In this document: positions 38,126-51,032 of the stretch, piece by piece
Numbering within the stretch: the stretch's first letter is position 1
Layout: every line of letters begins with the position of its first letter
Assembly: GCF_009834535.1 (NCBI RefSeq)
Contig: NC_045697.1
Location: 111,168,001 to 111,232,000 of the forward strand
Origin: Camelus ferus
Taxonomy: Eukaryota
DNA length: 64,000 nt
Direction of reading: 5' to 3'
The notes under the pieces: model-generated
Databases searched by the model: none
Told to the model about the DNA's origin: nothing
Seen by the model: only the letters and a program-made list of their open reading frames with translations
Translations under genes and position numbers: made by a program

Positions 38126-39618
38126 AAGAAGTTTAAATTATAAACAAAAAAGATTGTCAAACACTTCTCCTTCATACACACGCTATATATATGAACACAC
38201 TCAAAACTGATTCATAATCTGCATGTTAGTTACCGCATCCAATTTAAAGCAAATCCCTGCTTTCACAGACATGGAGTATTTATTTTTCTTTAGAGTACTC
38301 CACTGACATGTAATAAAATAATATTGTAAATGTTTATTATGCTTTCTTTCCAAGTGTGATATTGTCATTAACTCTGAGTATGATTTCATAGATTTTTCAG
38401 CTAGAATATATCTTTACATGTTTTTCATATAAGAAATAAAAATTTGAATCTACCTTTAGCCTAATTCTTCATTTTGATGACAATACATTACTTTTGGTAT
38501 TTTTTTCTTTCTAGAATATTCTCAATTCATTTGTCAGAGATTTCACTATGTAATTCTGAAAATTACATAAAACCTTCCCATGGTTCCCTCCTACTATTTG
38601 GAAAATTCCCATAACAGACAACACACTAGGGACCAGGGTCAAATGGCCCACTGAGTTAAATAAGTCTGACTTTCAAATACTCATGAACATGTTTCCTAGT
38701 CCAGCTTTTGCTGTTCAGATATTCTTAAAAATCACCAGACTTACAATTTCACTTGTCCTAGCAGAAAAAGACTTAAACAGTTATAATGATGCTGGAGTCT
38801 TCATCAGTCTTAATGATTATAGAATTACTTTGAATTACATAATTTACACTGCTATATAATTGTAGTTAAATGTTTCAGTGAACGATATTTGAATTATTGA
38901 TCCATTTTGTGAATTCAGAATATACACAGCTCTATGGTCACAATAACAACAAAAATAGGGTTATCAATACACAAAAATAAAAATGCACAGATGGTGTGAA
39001 ACAAACAGTCTAATACAGAGCCTTAGCACGTACACAATCCTTAAAACATAATGACTATTCAGAACATGAAAGCATTTCTATATTATACTTACATTATTCA
39101 TTAATATGTTATATTATGCATTATTATTTTTATATGTCAAATTTATGAAATACATGTGAGCAAATATTTCACTTTCTTGTCCTAAAATCACCCAAACTAC
39201 GAACCACCCATAGACCATCAGTGGCTACCAGTGTCCCATTGACTGTGCTTTGAGAAGCACCGTCCTGGGGTTTGTTGCAGGTCCCTCAGGGAATTCAACA
39301 AACGGCAAGAGGAAGGAGTGGCTGGCAGAGCAGATGACCCCTCATTTCAAGAACACAGTTCAGCTTTTATCTAATTTACATATTGAGTTTCTAAGGAAAA
39401 TTTTTACTTTAAGAGATGTTTCTACTTCAAGAATTTTTTTTATGTTTAAAAAGCACAATTGCTAAATTTGTCTAGAACAGAAAATATGAAAAAATTAAAG
39501 ATAAATTATTTGAATGATATCATACTATTAGCTAGTGGTGCAGTCAGAGTAAGAAACCAAGGTCTTGTAACTCAAGAGTGGTCATTTCACATGTCACTTT
39601 CTCTCCTTCAAACTAGAG

Positions 39619-39737
39619 GAGGTCACGTAGCTAGCCATTAAACTATGAAGCCTGAATTCCACTTCTGGGTCTAACTAGGCAGATCATAATTGTATTTCAC
39701 TGTCCCTGTCACAGGTAAGAATTCTGCAAAGATATTA
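39619..39737 (+). repeat. Copy 1 of a ~115-bp local direct duplication
   Basis: gaggtcacgtagctagccattaaa...agcctgaattccacttctgggtcta...tcacaggtaagaattctgcaaagatatta. Confidence 0.8.
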
Positions 39738-40106
39738 GGTTTACAGCAAAAAGCTACTGAAATTATAGAAAGAAGGTCTGAGGGTTATGCAAAAGTAAGT
39801 AACAAGAATTATACTCAGTAAAACTTCTGTCCTGAGCAAGGTAGAGGGAAGATATATTTATGGAATAATTTTATGCTACTTCATGCTCTGAGAAAAGGAA
39901 GAAAATTAAGACAGTTTCTTATGTTACAGTGTTTCAGGAGTTAAAATGAAAACCATTTGAGAGATTACCAAATGGATGAGAAGATTTTGTTATGCCAAAC
40001 TGATGATTAAGTAAACTCAATGGATCACCTAAACTTTTTGCCCCGATTGAAGTAATTTCTGTGGAAGACTTAGAATTCACTTGTAAGTCCCCTTCTCTGA
40101 ACATAC

Positions 40107-40127
40107 CATTTCCCAGCCAGAACTACA
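40107..40127 (-). pseudogene. Candidate micro-exon, 21 nt, phase 2-2
   Basis: cttgttttttag|TGTAGTTCTGGCTGGGAAATG|gtatgt. Confidence 0.5.
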
Positions 40128-40198
40128 CTAAAAAACAAGCATCAACTCCTGACCTTTTAAATTCATCACTCTTTGTAACTCCAGTCACAGAAAAATAC

Positions 40199-40352
40199 TT
40201 AGGAAAAGGTGGTTCTTTCATCTCTGTGTGGTAGTGGACACACAGCTCTTCCTACAGAAGCTGGCAACCCCCAGTGCCTTTCCTCACTTGTGAGAAATGC
40301 TTTGAAAAAGCCATTTCCAGCCAAAGTTCTCAGCCTTCTATTTCCTTCTTTA
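40199..40352 (-). pseudogene. Candidate exon, 154 nt, phase 1-2, two stops
   Basis: cctcattttaag|TA AAG...CCT AA|gtattt; VKKEIEG*ELWLEMAFSKHFSQVRKGTGGCQLL*EELCVHYHTEMKEPPFP. Confidence 0.6.
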
Positions 40353-40814
40353 CTTAAAATGAGGAAATGATTTGTAGAAAGGGAAAAAAAAAACAATAAA
40401 AGGATTCATTTATTGTCTACTTAGCTGGTCTGAATTATCTCCTAATTCACATCTTTGCTGACTTTGGGAAGTCCTCAAGTCCACTCTCAGCACTTGACAG
40501 AGCCAGCTATTTTGCAAGGTTTTGTTCTCATAACCAACCTGGGAGTTGGCAAAAAAAAATAAATGAATTAATTAAATAAATGCTAAAGTTTCTTCAACAT
40601 ATGTCAGATGCTTGGGCTAAAATTACTATGTAGAAAGGATCCAAGAAACAGATAAAAATCAGAAGTGCTCGTGTGGGTGGGTGTGGTGTGTTTAAAAACA
40701 TACATTCAAGATAGCAGTCCTTCAATTACTTATTCTTACATTAAACTACCCGTAACCATAGTTACTTGAGTTAATGCTGAATTAAGTGCCTTTGTATCCC
40801 CCAGGTAACCACAG

Positions 40815-40990
40815 ACTAGGAAGAGCTCACGTTTGCTGAGCACTTGCCGCATGCCACGTGTTGTGCTGGCGTTTCACGTGCATCGGCTCACTTAATTCTC
40901 ACCTCAGCCTATGAAGAGGACACACTTTACAAAGGCTAAAAGCAGGACTTAGTAACTAAGTTAAGTAAGTTTCCTGAGGTCATATGGCTG
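40815..40990 (-). mobile_element. MIR fragment
   Basis: tttgctgagcacttgcc..atgcca...ctcacttaattctcac...gttaagtaagtttcctgaggtcat. Confidence 0.7.
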
Positions 40991-41090
40991 GCCATTAAAG
41001 TAGAGAGCCTGAATTCCATTTCTGGGTCTAGACAAACCATAGCTTTATTTCTCTCTCCCCATCACAGGTAAGGATGCTGCAAAGATATTA
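40976..41090 (+). repeat. Copy 2 of the local duplication
   Basis: gaggtcatatggctggccattaaa...agcctgaattccatttctgggtcta...tcacaggtaaggatgctgcaaagatatta. Confidence 0.8.
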
Positions 41091-41279
41091 CTCAATACAC
41101 TGCCATTTCTCTTTTCAAATACTCATAAGAAAAACCACTATGGGTTTCAGTACCAAGAATAATTGAGCTTCTCCCAAGCAAATGATTATTCTTATCCTTA
41201 CATTGCCTACTAAAAAACGTACAGCCAAATTCACAGCCCTCTTGAAGCAGTGAAAAAAAAAAAATCTTAAAGCATTTAC

Positions 41280-41419
41280 CTAGTTTTTCCTGACATCTTC
41301 ATTTTTTTCCTATTCTCATTTTCCCGTGAGCCCATTTTCTTCATTTGTGCAATTTGTGTTTCATTTCATCTTGTTTTATTTTCTGTGCCCATAATAGATA
41401 TCTGAAAGTTTTTTTTTTC
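41280..41419 (-). pseudogene. Candidate exon, 140 nt, charged/helical
   Basis: tcctttctgtttcag| ... CTA G|gtaaat; TFRYLLWAQKIKQDEMKHKLHK*RKWAHGKMRIGKK*RCQEKL; end phase fits the next exon. Confidence 0.65.
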
Positions 41420-41512
41420 CTGAAACAGAAAGGAGATAAATAGATAAACACATAAAACTGGGATGATAAGAGTCTAGAAGTGTGGAAGATATTATTACAG
41501 AAAAGATGTCAC

Positions 41513-41821
41513 CCTATGATGAAAAGATTATTTTAGATCACTGGCACAGTGGGTAAATCACAACTGTCAAAGGAAGAATTTATTTTGAGGGACTTGGCAT
41601 GCTGCTGGTAGGATTCCTCTCTCAGATGGTAGCATCTCAATTTTTCCCAAAAGAGCTGTGCCATCTCAGCAACAACTTGAACACTTCCACCTTAGCTTTT
41701 CTTCTGAAACTGCCTGGAAAGCATAAACCTGAAGCTCAGTGGTGAGGATGAGGGAGCGTTGATAAGAGAACAGGTTGCTCAGGTTTTCTGAGTTTTTCCT
41801 TCATTGTGCAAAACAGAATGA
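41513..41821 (-). pseudogene. Candidate exon, ~309 nt, frameshifted
   Basis: Blocks ENLSNLFSYQRSLILTTELQVYAFQAVSEEKL and VQVVAEMAQLFWEKLRCYHLREESYQQHAKSLK in different frames; boundaries uncertain. Confidence 0.5.
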
Positions 41822-41902
41822 CTAGGCACATTTTTTTTTTCTCTAAAGCTTCAAATTGGAGTATATTTCATAGGTTAGCATGTAAGTGAATACTTGAATT
41901 AC

Positions 41903-42002
41903 CCTTCTATTTAAAAGAAAAAATGCAATTGCAGAAAACCCCAGAAATGCTTCTGTTTCTCCTTCCTCGTCCTCAGCAAAACAAAACAGGGCAATATTTC
42001 TC
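41903..42002 (-). pseudogene. Candidate exon, 100 nt
   Basis: ctttttttacag| ... AGAAGG|gtaatt. Confidence 0.55.
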
Positions 42003-42792
42003 CTGTAAAAAAAGTGATTCCTTTACTGACCATTTCAATGATAACCACATTTGATATTTTGAAATCACCAACAATATGAAATTACAAGTTACTGTTATTG
42101 TAAATACTGTTATCATTACAACAAAAAAAGACCACACAAATAAATAACCAATGATCAAAGACTTTTTATTTAAATATACTCTATAATATTACCATTAAAA
42201 TCATTAAAAGATAGTGTATCTCTGTAGACCAGTAAGAAAATAAGGTCTAAAATTTACTAAGTTTTTCTCCCTCTTCTCTGAATATATTTCTCTTATGATG
42301 TTTTTTAGAAATAGGTAAAATTACAAAATCTCCATATATTCTGCTTTTTTGACAATCACAATATCCTCTCTGTAACTTCAATTTATAAAGAGTTGGCATT
42401 TTAACATATTGTTAAATGTTAAACAAATGTAAATAAGTGTAAAATATATTGTGTTGATCAGAATATATCCCTTCAAAAGAATGTATTGTATTTATGTTTG
42501 ATTAAAAACATAAAAGTGATTTTTTTTTTAAACAGACAGTTTTCTGAGATAGAATTATACCTACAGAAAATGTTCTCAACTGAATCAATTTAAAAGAACA
42601 ATAAAACTTCCGGAGTGAGATATTGATCTTGAATTTTGTACAGTAATTTTTACTTTGGGTGGTTTGCATCTGGATTCTTAACCATATTTTCATCTAACTA
42701 AATTGTTCTGTTGAGAATATTTTTGCTAAGTGTAAAATAAGGAAAATGTGTCTGAGGATTCCCGGGCCATTCAGCCATCCAAGTTCGCCTAC

Positions 42793-42962
42793 ATCCTTGG
42801 AATGAAGGTCAATGAATTGCCTGAGACTTTCGTATCATTCACATTTTCTACCAAGAAACTAAAACTGATCCAAGACTCTTGTGAAAGGACTAAGTTCAGA
42901 CAGCCCAGGCAACACTGGTCCCCCGGAACACACACGGAGCAGCCACCGTGAAATTCAGCCTG
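42793..42962 (-). pseudogene. Candidate exon with a hydrophobic stretch (donor uncertain)
   Basis: tttgtgtttgtttcag|CAG GCT...; QAEFHGGCSVCVPGDQCCLGCLNLVLSQESWISFSFLVENV; alternative frame LNFTVAAPCVFRGTSVAWAV. Confidence 0.5.
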
Positions 42963-43022
42963 CTGAAACAAACACAAAGACCCACCAAAAACTGCCAGGC
43001 TTTCTTACATTTCTAAACTCAC

Positions 43023-43163
43023 CTTTCTTTCCTGAGGATAGATTTATTTTCTTTCCTGAGGATCTTGGACCAGACACTTCCCTGGAGAGAATTCAAGCCT
43101 GGGCAGTGTGGCTGGCACGGGCCTTTCGAGAGATCACTTCACTGACCACGGAAACACCACCAC
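43023..43163 (-). pseudogene. Candidate exon, 141 nt, phase 0-0, with internal 24-nt duplication
   Basis: gtccacag|GTG GTG GTG...AGA AAG|gtgagt; VVVFPWSVK*SLERPVPATLPRLEFSPGKCLVQDPQERK*IYPQERK. Confidence 0.65.
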
Positions 43164-44118
43164 CTGTGGACCACCACACAGAAGCTGTGTAATTAGCACA
43201 GCAGCACATGCAGAGTAACTTCTGACAGGAAATGAAGAGCCCACTTGAAACTGCTAGGGGCATTAGACAAGCAAAAGGTAATTATCTGAACTGAAGTCCA
43301 GCCGACATCTCTGACAACAAATACCAGGGGGTTTTTAGGGATCAGGTGTCCCATTTTAAGTCAGAGCTCCCGGCTTCAGCATCCTCTGCTCCCCATCTCC
43401 CCCTCCCCAAGGTAGAGAGAACACCTTACACTTGGTCACTAGCACTACTTAATTTGGCTGCCAGTTCCTCTTGCGAACGCTGAGGAGAACCAGGTTTATA
43501 CTAACAGAGTAACTTGGGACACGCGTCCAAATATTTTAGGCCCAATGAATTTTGATTCTTTTCAAATTAAAAGGATTTAACGTAACGTTCATAGAAGTGA
43601 GAATTCTGCCTTGCTCTCCTTCACATTCCAGAAGAAAAACAGTTTTCCATGCTTTTTAAAATATACACTTAGAGATAAGATATCTCAGATGGTCTTTTCG
43701 CTGTGCCCAGTGAAGACATTCATTTCAATTACGTCTTTTGTGAGTTAATCTTTTAAGAAAGTATTCTTGGGCCTTTTAGCCATAGCCAAACAAAGTGAAT
43801 TCATTATAACTAGGATATGGTCCGAGCCATGCTAATAATTGGTCTCTGTATTTTCAGTATCTCAAATGAGATTAGTGATCACAATCACTAAGATAGTCTT
43901 TTTACCTTAAAAAAAAAAAAAAGAAACAAACAAATTTTGGAACATTCAAGGCTATTAAGAATTAGAGGTAGAAAAGATTTCTCAGTTCAATTATCTTTTC
44001 ATGGTGAAGGCATATTTCTTACTATATATATGATAAATGTGTACATAAATATAAAATACATATTCTCCAGATTTAATTTTCAAAATCTCAGTTCACACTG
44101 CCTAAAATACCTTCCCCT

Positions 44119-45103
44119 GGGAGATAATATTTGCAAATGATGCAACTGACAATGGACTAATTTCCGAAATATATGAACAGCTTATGCAGCCTCATAGCAA
44201 AAAAAAACAAGCAACCCAATCAAAAAAATGGACAGAGGACCTAAATAGACATTTCTTCAAAGAAGACAGCCAGATGTCCAACAGACACATGAAAAGGTGC
44301 TCAATATCACTAATTATTAGAGAAATGCAAATCAAAACTACAATGAAGTATCACCTCACACCAGTCAGAATGGCCATAATTAAAAAGTCTACAAATAATA
44401 AATGCTGGAGAGGGTTTGGAGAAAAGGGAACCCTCCTATGCTGTTAGTGGGAATGTAAATTGGTTCAGCCATTATGGAAAAGTATGGAGATTCCTCAAAA
44501 AACTAAAAATAGACTTACCATATAATCCAGCAATTCCACTCCTGGGCATATATCTGAAGAAAACTATAATTTGAAAAGACACATGTGCCCCAGTGTTCAT
44601 GGCAGCACTATTTACAATAGCCAAGACATGGAAACAACCTAAATGTCCATCAACAGATGATTAGATAAAGAAGAAATACAATGGAATACTATTCAGCCAT
44701 AAAAAGAAAGAAATAATGCCATTTGCAGCAACATGGATCTAGAGATTATCATGTTAAGTAAAGTAAGTCAGACAGAGGAAGACAAATATCATATGATATC
44801 ATATTTGGAATCTTAAAAAAAAGTACAAATTTTATTTACAAGCCAGAAATAACTGGTTACCAAAGGGGATAAATTAGGAGTTTGGGATTAACATATACAC
44901 ACTACTATATATAAAATTGATAAATAACAAGGTCCTACTGTATAGCACAAGGAAATAGTTTCAATTTCTTATAATAATTTATAATGAAAAAGAATCTGAA
45001 AAAAAAGTATGTATGTATATGTATAACTGAATTGCTTTGCTGTACACTTGAAACTAATATTGTAAATCAACTACACCTTAATAAAAAAATAAACTTTAAA
45101 AAA
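44119..45103 (+). mobile_element. 5'-truncated L1 (ORF2 C-terminus + 3'UTR)
   Basis: [57 protein letters not shown]-rich tail. Confidence 0.95.
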
Positions 45104-45619
45104 CAGTTAGAAATTCAAATCACAAGAGCCAAACAAACAAACAAAAAACCTTCCTCTGGGAGTCTCTTTTACAATCAGTCTTGGTTGTTAGAAATTTTTT
45201 CTTGGTATTTACTTAGCTTAACTTTTTCTTTGTTTAGGTTCATGCTATTAATCTTAACTACATCCCACTGGACTTCTCTAAACAATTCTTTTCTTTACCC
45301 CCTGATTCATCACAGGAAAAACACTGTTTACTTGTCTGACAAATTTTCCTTCTCATCACTTTTTAAACTTTGAATCCTCTCGCCCTGCCCTTTAAAGACA
45401 GTATCCACTGGTTTTGTTTTATGCTCATCATCCCAGCATAACTATTAACACCAGGGAACTGGTTTGAATGATAAATAACATAACTACCTTAATTTTAAAA
45501 CACTAATTGGACTGATATCTTCCTTTAAAAGAAAGATTAAAGTAGCAGACAATGTACTGAAGAGATCAGAGATATGAAGAGGTTCTCATAATCCTGTAGA
45601 AAAAGTTATGAAACTAAAC

Positions 45620-45850
45620 ATAGTGGTTCCTCTTTTTCTGTTATACTTCTTCATGGCATGCATTACAATGCTAACATACTTAGTGTTAAGTATGTGACTG
45701 TCTAATAACTTCTTTCTGCTTTAGACTAAAGCTTCATGACAGCAGGGCCATATTTCCCTGCTTCTTCCCACTATCCTCAGGACTAGCACAGTGACATCAC
45801 ATAATAGGTAATTAACAAATACTTGTTGAGTAAAGAAATAAATGAAGTTG
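45620..45850 (+). mobile_element. L2 3' end
   Basis: ttagactaaagcttcatgacagcagggcc...ctagcacagtg...aaatacttgttgagtaaagaaataaatgaa. Confidence 0.7.
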
Positions 45851-46157
45851 GATCTCAGAAACGCACAGAGCCTTGCGTAGCCTACACCCTCCTTTATCTT
45901 CTCTGTATCACTCCAGTCCTCTCACCAACCTCATTTTTTGGTTTTGGTTTGGTTTTATAAAATTATATGTCCTTTGATTCATATTTGTGGGAATATAGCT
46001 AGTTATCAATGAACTTCATTCCTACCTTCTTGAGTTCTTAAAATTAAACTCAAAGGAATTTTTGCTTCTGGATTAATATGTGTCAATTCTTCATAAGGAT
46101 GAATACATTTAAGAAACCCATATTGCATTAGCAAAATTAATCTTATTTAAAATCCTA

Positions 46158-48006
46158 ATAGCACCCAAAGTAATAAAATACCTAGGAGTAAATCTAACCA
46201 AGGAGGTGAAAGACTTATACATGGAAAACTATAAAACACTGATTAAGGAAATTAAAGAAGACTTAAAAAAATAGAAAGATATCCGATGCTCTTGGATTGG
46301 AAGAATCAATATTGTTAAAGTGATCATACTGCCCAAAGGCAATCTACAGATTTAATGCAATCCCTATCAAATTACCCCATACATATTTCACAGAACTAGA
46401 ACAAATCATAATACAATTTATATGAAACCATCAAAGACCTAGAATTGCCAAAGCATTACTGAAGAAAAAGAAAGAGGCTGGAGGAATAACTCTCCCAGAA
46501 TTCAGACAATACTATAGAGCTACAGTCATCAAAACAGCATGGTATTGGTACAAAAACAGACATATGGACCAATGGAAAAGAATAGAGAGTCCAGAAATGA
46601 ACCCACAAACTTTTGGTCAACTAATCTTCAACAAAGGAGGCAAGAACATACAATGAAATAAAGACAGTCTCTTCAGCAAATGGTGTTGGGAAAACTGAAC
46701 AGCAGCATGTAAAACAATGAAGCTAGAACACTCCCTTACACCATACACAAAAATAAATTCAAAATGGATCAAAGACTTAAACATAAGACAAGATACAATA
46801 AACCTCCTATTAGAAAATATAGGCAAAACATTAGATGACATACATCTCGAAAATGTTCTCCTAGGAAAGTCTACCCAAGCAATAGAAATAAAAGCAAGAA
46901 TAAACAAATGGGACCTAATGAAACTGACAAGTATCTGCACAGCAAAGGAAACCATAAGTTAAACAAAATGACAACCTACAGAATGGGAGAAAATTTTTGC
47001 AAATGAAACTGACAAAGACTTGATCTCCAGAATATATAAGCAGCTCATACGACTTAATAAGAAAAAACAAACAACCCAATCAAAAAGTGGGCAAAAGACC
47101 TAAACAAGCAATTCTCCAAGGAAGAAATACAAATGATCTATAAGCACATGAAAAAATGCTCAGTATCACTAGTTATCAGAGAAATGCAAATCAAAACTAC
47201 AATGAGGTATCACCTCACATCAGTCAGAATGGCCGTCATTCAAAAGTCCACAAATGACAAATGCTGGACAGGCTGTGGAGAAAAGGGAACCCTCCTACAC
47301 TGCTGGTGGGAATGCAGGTTGGTGCAGCCACTGTGGAAAACAGTATGGAGATTCCTCAAAATACTAGAAATAGACTTACCATATGACCCGGGAATCCCAC
47401 TCCTGGGCATATATCCAGAAGGAACCCTACTTCAAAATGACACCTGCACCCCAATGTTCATAGCAACACTATTTACAATAGCCAAGAAATAGAAACAGCC
47501 TAAATGTCCATCGACAGAGGGCTGGATAAAGAAGAGGTGGTATATTTATACAATGGAATACTATTCAGCCATAAAAACCAACAACATAACGCCATTTGCA
47601 GCAACATGGTTGTTCCTGGAGAATGTCATTCTAAGTGAAGTAAGCCAGAAAGAGAAAGAAAAATACCATATGAGATCGCTCATATGTGGAATCTAAAACA
47701 AAACAAAACAAAACAAAATAAAACAAAACATAAATATAAAACAGAAACAGACTCATAGACATAGAATATAAACTTGTGGTTGCCAAGAGGGCAGGGGGTG
47801 GGAAGGGACAGACTGGGATTTCAAAATGTAGAATAGATAAACAAGATTATACTTGTACAGTGAAATATATACAAGATCTTGTGGTAGCTCATAGAGAAAA
47901 AAATGCGACAATGAATATATATATGTTCATGTATAACTGAAAAATTGTGCTCTACACTGGAATTTGACACAACATTGTAAAATGACTATAACTCAATAAA
48001 ATAAAA
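46158..48006 (+). mobile_element. 5'-truncated young L1 (ORF2 3' half + 3'UTR)
   Basis: [23 protein letters not shown] and [20 protein letters not shown]; (AAAAT)n tail; TSD taaaatccta 46148-46157 / 48007-48016. Confidence 0.95.
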
Positions 48007-48016
48007 TAAAATCCTA

Positions 48017-51000
48017 GAGGGGAGTGACAAGATGGCAGAGTAGAAGGACACACAGTTCACCCTCTCTTATAAATACACCAAGAGTTACATCTACAGACCC
48101 GTCCATTCATGCAGAACACCTACTGGACTTTGGCAGAACATCTTTTACTTCAAAATAGAAGAAAACTCCTCAGAAAAATTGGTAGGAGAATAAAAAGGAA
48201 AAAGGAAATCAGTGAGGGACCTGTCTTGCCTGGGGAGTGGCTAAAGAGAAAAAGCGCTCTTACCCAGGGAAGCCCCGTCTCCATCCAGGAGGTCAGTGGA
48301 GATAGAGAGGGAGCTTCTGAGGCCCAGAGGAGAAAACAGCAACCACGTGGCAGAAAGAACTGAGAGAATCCAACACAGAGGGTCTCTACTGTCCCCAGCT
48401 GTAGACGTGAGCCAGCAAGGGTGGGCCAGGATTGGCTGCTGGAGCTCAGTGATAAGCACGAGGACAGAGTTGGGGCCGACTGCATAGAGGGGGCTGGAGT
48501 GTCGTATGGCTTATGGCTGAGAGTGCGTACAGAAGAAAACAGCTTAGGATCCCCATAAAAAAGCAACTCTGCTTTTGTATGAAGGGTAGGGGTACAACAG
48601 AGCTGGGCCATAGCTGCTATCTCTGCTAGCCCAGAGGACTTTCTCAGCACCATTGTTGATGCATTCTTGCGAGAAAAGAGGCAGAGCTCAGTCTTAGCCA
48701 TCACAATTGCTTGTGTGCAGCTCCCAGGAGGAGGCATGGCTGAAACCTCAATCCATAACCTAGGGCCTTGCAACTTCATGACAAACGCATAGCCAACATA
48801 TTATTCAAAGGTTGAAAATCTTCCTGCTAAATTCTGGAAAAAGACAAGGATGCCCACTCTCACCACTTCTACTCAATATAGTATTTGAAGTCCTAGCCAT
48901 AACAATCAGACAAGAAAAAGAAATAAAAGGGATCTAAATTGGAAGAGAAGTTGTAAAATTGTCACTATATGCAGATGACATGATACTATATACAAAAACC
49001 CCTAAAATCTCCACACAAAAACTACTAGAGCTGATAAATGAATTCAGCAATGTAGCAAGATACAAGATTAACATACAGAGGTCAGTTGCATTCCTTTACA
49101 CTAACAATGAAAAATCACAAAAAAGAAAGTAAAGAAATAATCTCATTAAAACCATATTCAGAACAATAAAATACTTAGTAATAAATCTGACCAAGGATGT
49201 GAAAGACTTAAATATGGAGAAATATACAATATTGATTAAAGAAATTAAAGATGACTTAAAGAAATGGAAAGATATCCCATGCTCTTGGATTGGAAGAATT
49301 AATATTGTTAAAATGGCCATACTACCCAAAGCAATTTACAGATTTAATGCAATCCCTATCAAATTACCCAGCACATTTTCACAGAACTAGAATAAATAAT
49401 CCTAAAATTTATATGGAATCACAAAGGACCCAGAATTGCCAAAGCAATACTGAAGAAAAAGAACGAAGCTGGAGGAATAACCCTCCCAGACTTCAGACAA
49501 TAATGTTGCAGTCATCAAAACAGTGTGGTATTGGCAGAAAAACAGACATATGGATCAATGGAACAGAATAAAGAGCCCAGAAATAAACCCACAGGCTTAT
49601 GGCCAATTAATCTTCAAAAAGGAGGAAAGAATTTACAATGGATAAAAGACAGTCTCTTCAGCAAGTGATGCTACGAAAAATGGACAACCACATGTAAATT
49701 AATGAAATTAGGACAGTCCCTCACACATACACAAAAATAAACTCAAAATGGCTTAAAGACTTAAGTATAAGACAAGACAGTATAAAATTCCTAGAAGAAA
49801 ATATAGGCAAAATATTTTTGGACATAAATCTTAACAATGTTCTCTCCTAGGGCAATCTACTCAGGCAATGAAAATAAAGCAAAAATAAACAAATGGGACC
49901 TAGTCAAATTTATAAGCTTTTGCACAGCAAAGGAAACCACAAGCAAAATAAAATGACAACCTATGGAATGGGAGAAAATATTTTCAAGTGATGCAGCTGA
50001 TGAAGGTTCAATTTCCAGAATGTATAAACAGCTCAAATGACTTAATAATACAAAAACCAAACAACCCAATCCAAAAATGGGCACAAGAACTAAACAATTC
50101 TCCAGTGAAGACATACAAATGGCCAACAGGCATATGAAAAAATGTTCAGTATCACTAATTATCAGAGAAATGCAAATCAAAACTACAATGAGGTGTCATC
50201 TCACACCAGTCAGAATGGCCATCATTAAAAAGTCCATGAATTATAAACGCTGGAGAGGCTGTGGAGAAAATGGAACCCTCCTACACTGTTGGTGGGAATG
50301 CAGTTTGGTGCAACCATTATGGAAAACAGTATGGACATTCCCCAAGAAACTAAGAATAGACTTACCATATGATCCAGCAATTCCACTCCTGGGCATATAT
50401 CTGGAAGGAACTCTAATTTGAAAAGACACATGCACTCAGTGTTCATAGCAGCACTATATACAATAGCTAAGACATGGAAACAGCCTAAACGTCCATCAAC
50501 AGATGACTGGTTAAAGAAGCTGTGGTATATTTATACAATGGAATACTACTCAGACATTAAAAAAAGAATAAAATAATGCCAGGGACATGGGTGGATCTGG
50601 AGATCCTCATTCTAAGTGAACTAAGCCAGAAAGAGAAACAAAAATGCCATATGATATCACTCATACCTGGAATCTAAAAAAAAATAATTTTTAAAGTAAG
50701 ATGAAAAGAAAAAAGAAGACACTAATGAACTTACTTACAAAACAGAAACAGACTCATAGACATAGTAAACAAACTTGTGGTTGCTGGGGGGAGGGGAGTT
50801 TGGAAGGGATAAGTTGGGAGTTTGAGATGTGCAAATACTGACTACTGTATACAAAATAGATAAAGAACAAGTTTCTTCTGTGTAGCGCAGGGAAGTATAT
50901 TCAATATCTTCTAATAATCTATAAAGAAAAAGAATATGAAAACAAATATATGTATGTATATGTATTACTAAGGCATTGTGCTGTATGCCAGAAATTGTTA

Positions 51001-51032
51001 CATTGTAACTGAGTATACTCCAATTTTTTTTA
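48017..51032 (+). mobile_element. L1 retaining both ends but internally deleted (5'UTR fused to mid-ORF2)
   Basis: Starts GAGGGGAGTGACAAGATGGCAGAGTAG; at ~48780 jumps to the ORF2 RT region (atgacaaac..agccaacat; tatgcagatgacatg = YADDM); TSD aaaatccta. Confidence 0.9.

Noticed and set aside
38745..38808. Strong minus-strand donor gtaagt at ~38744 with a 13- or 64-nt exon
   Set aside because: Acceptor and frame are ambiguous, and I could not link it to neighbouring exons.
48150..48779. Longest ORF (209 aa, minus strand)
   Set aside because: It lies antisense within an L1 5'UTR, has a non-ATG start and no recognisable domain; most likely a chance open frame.
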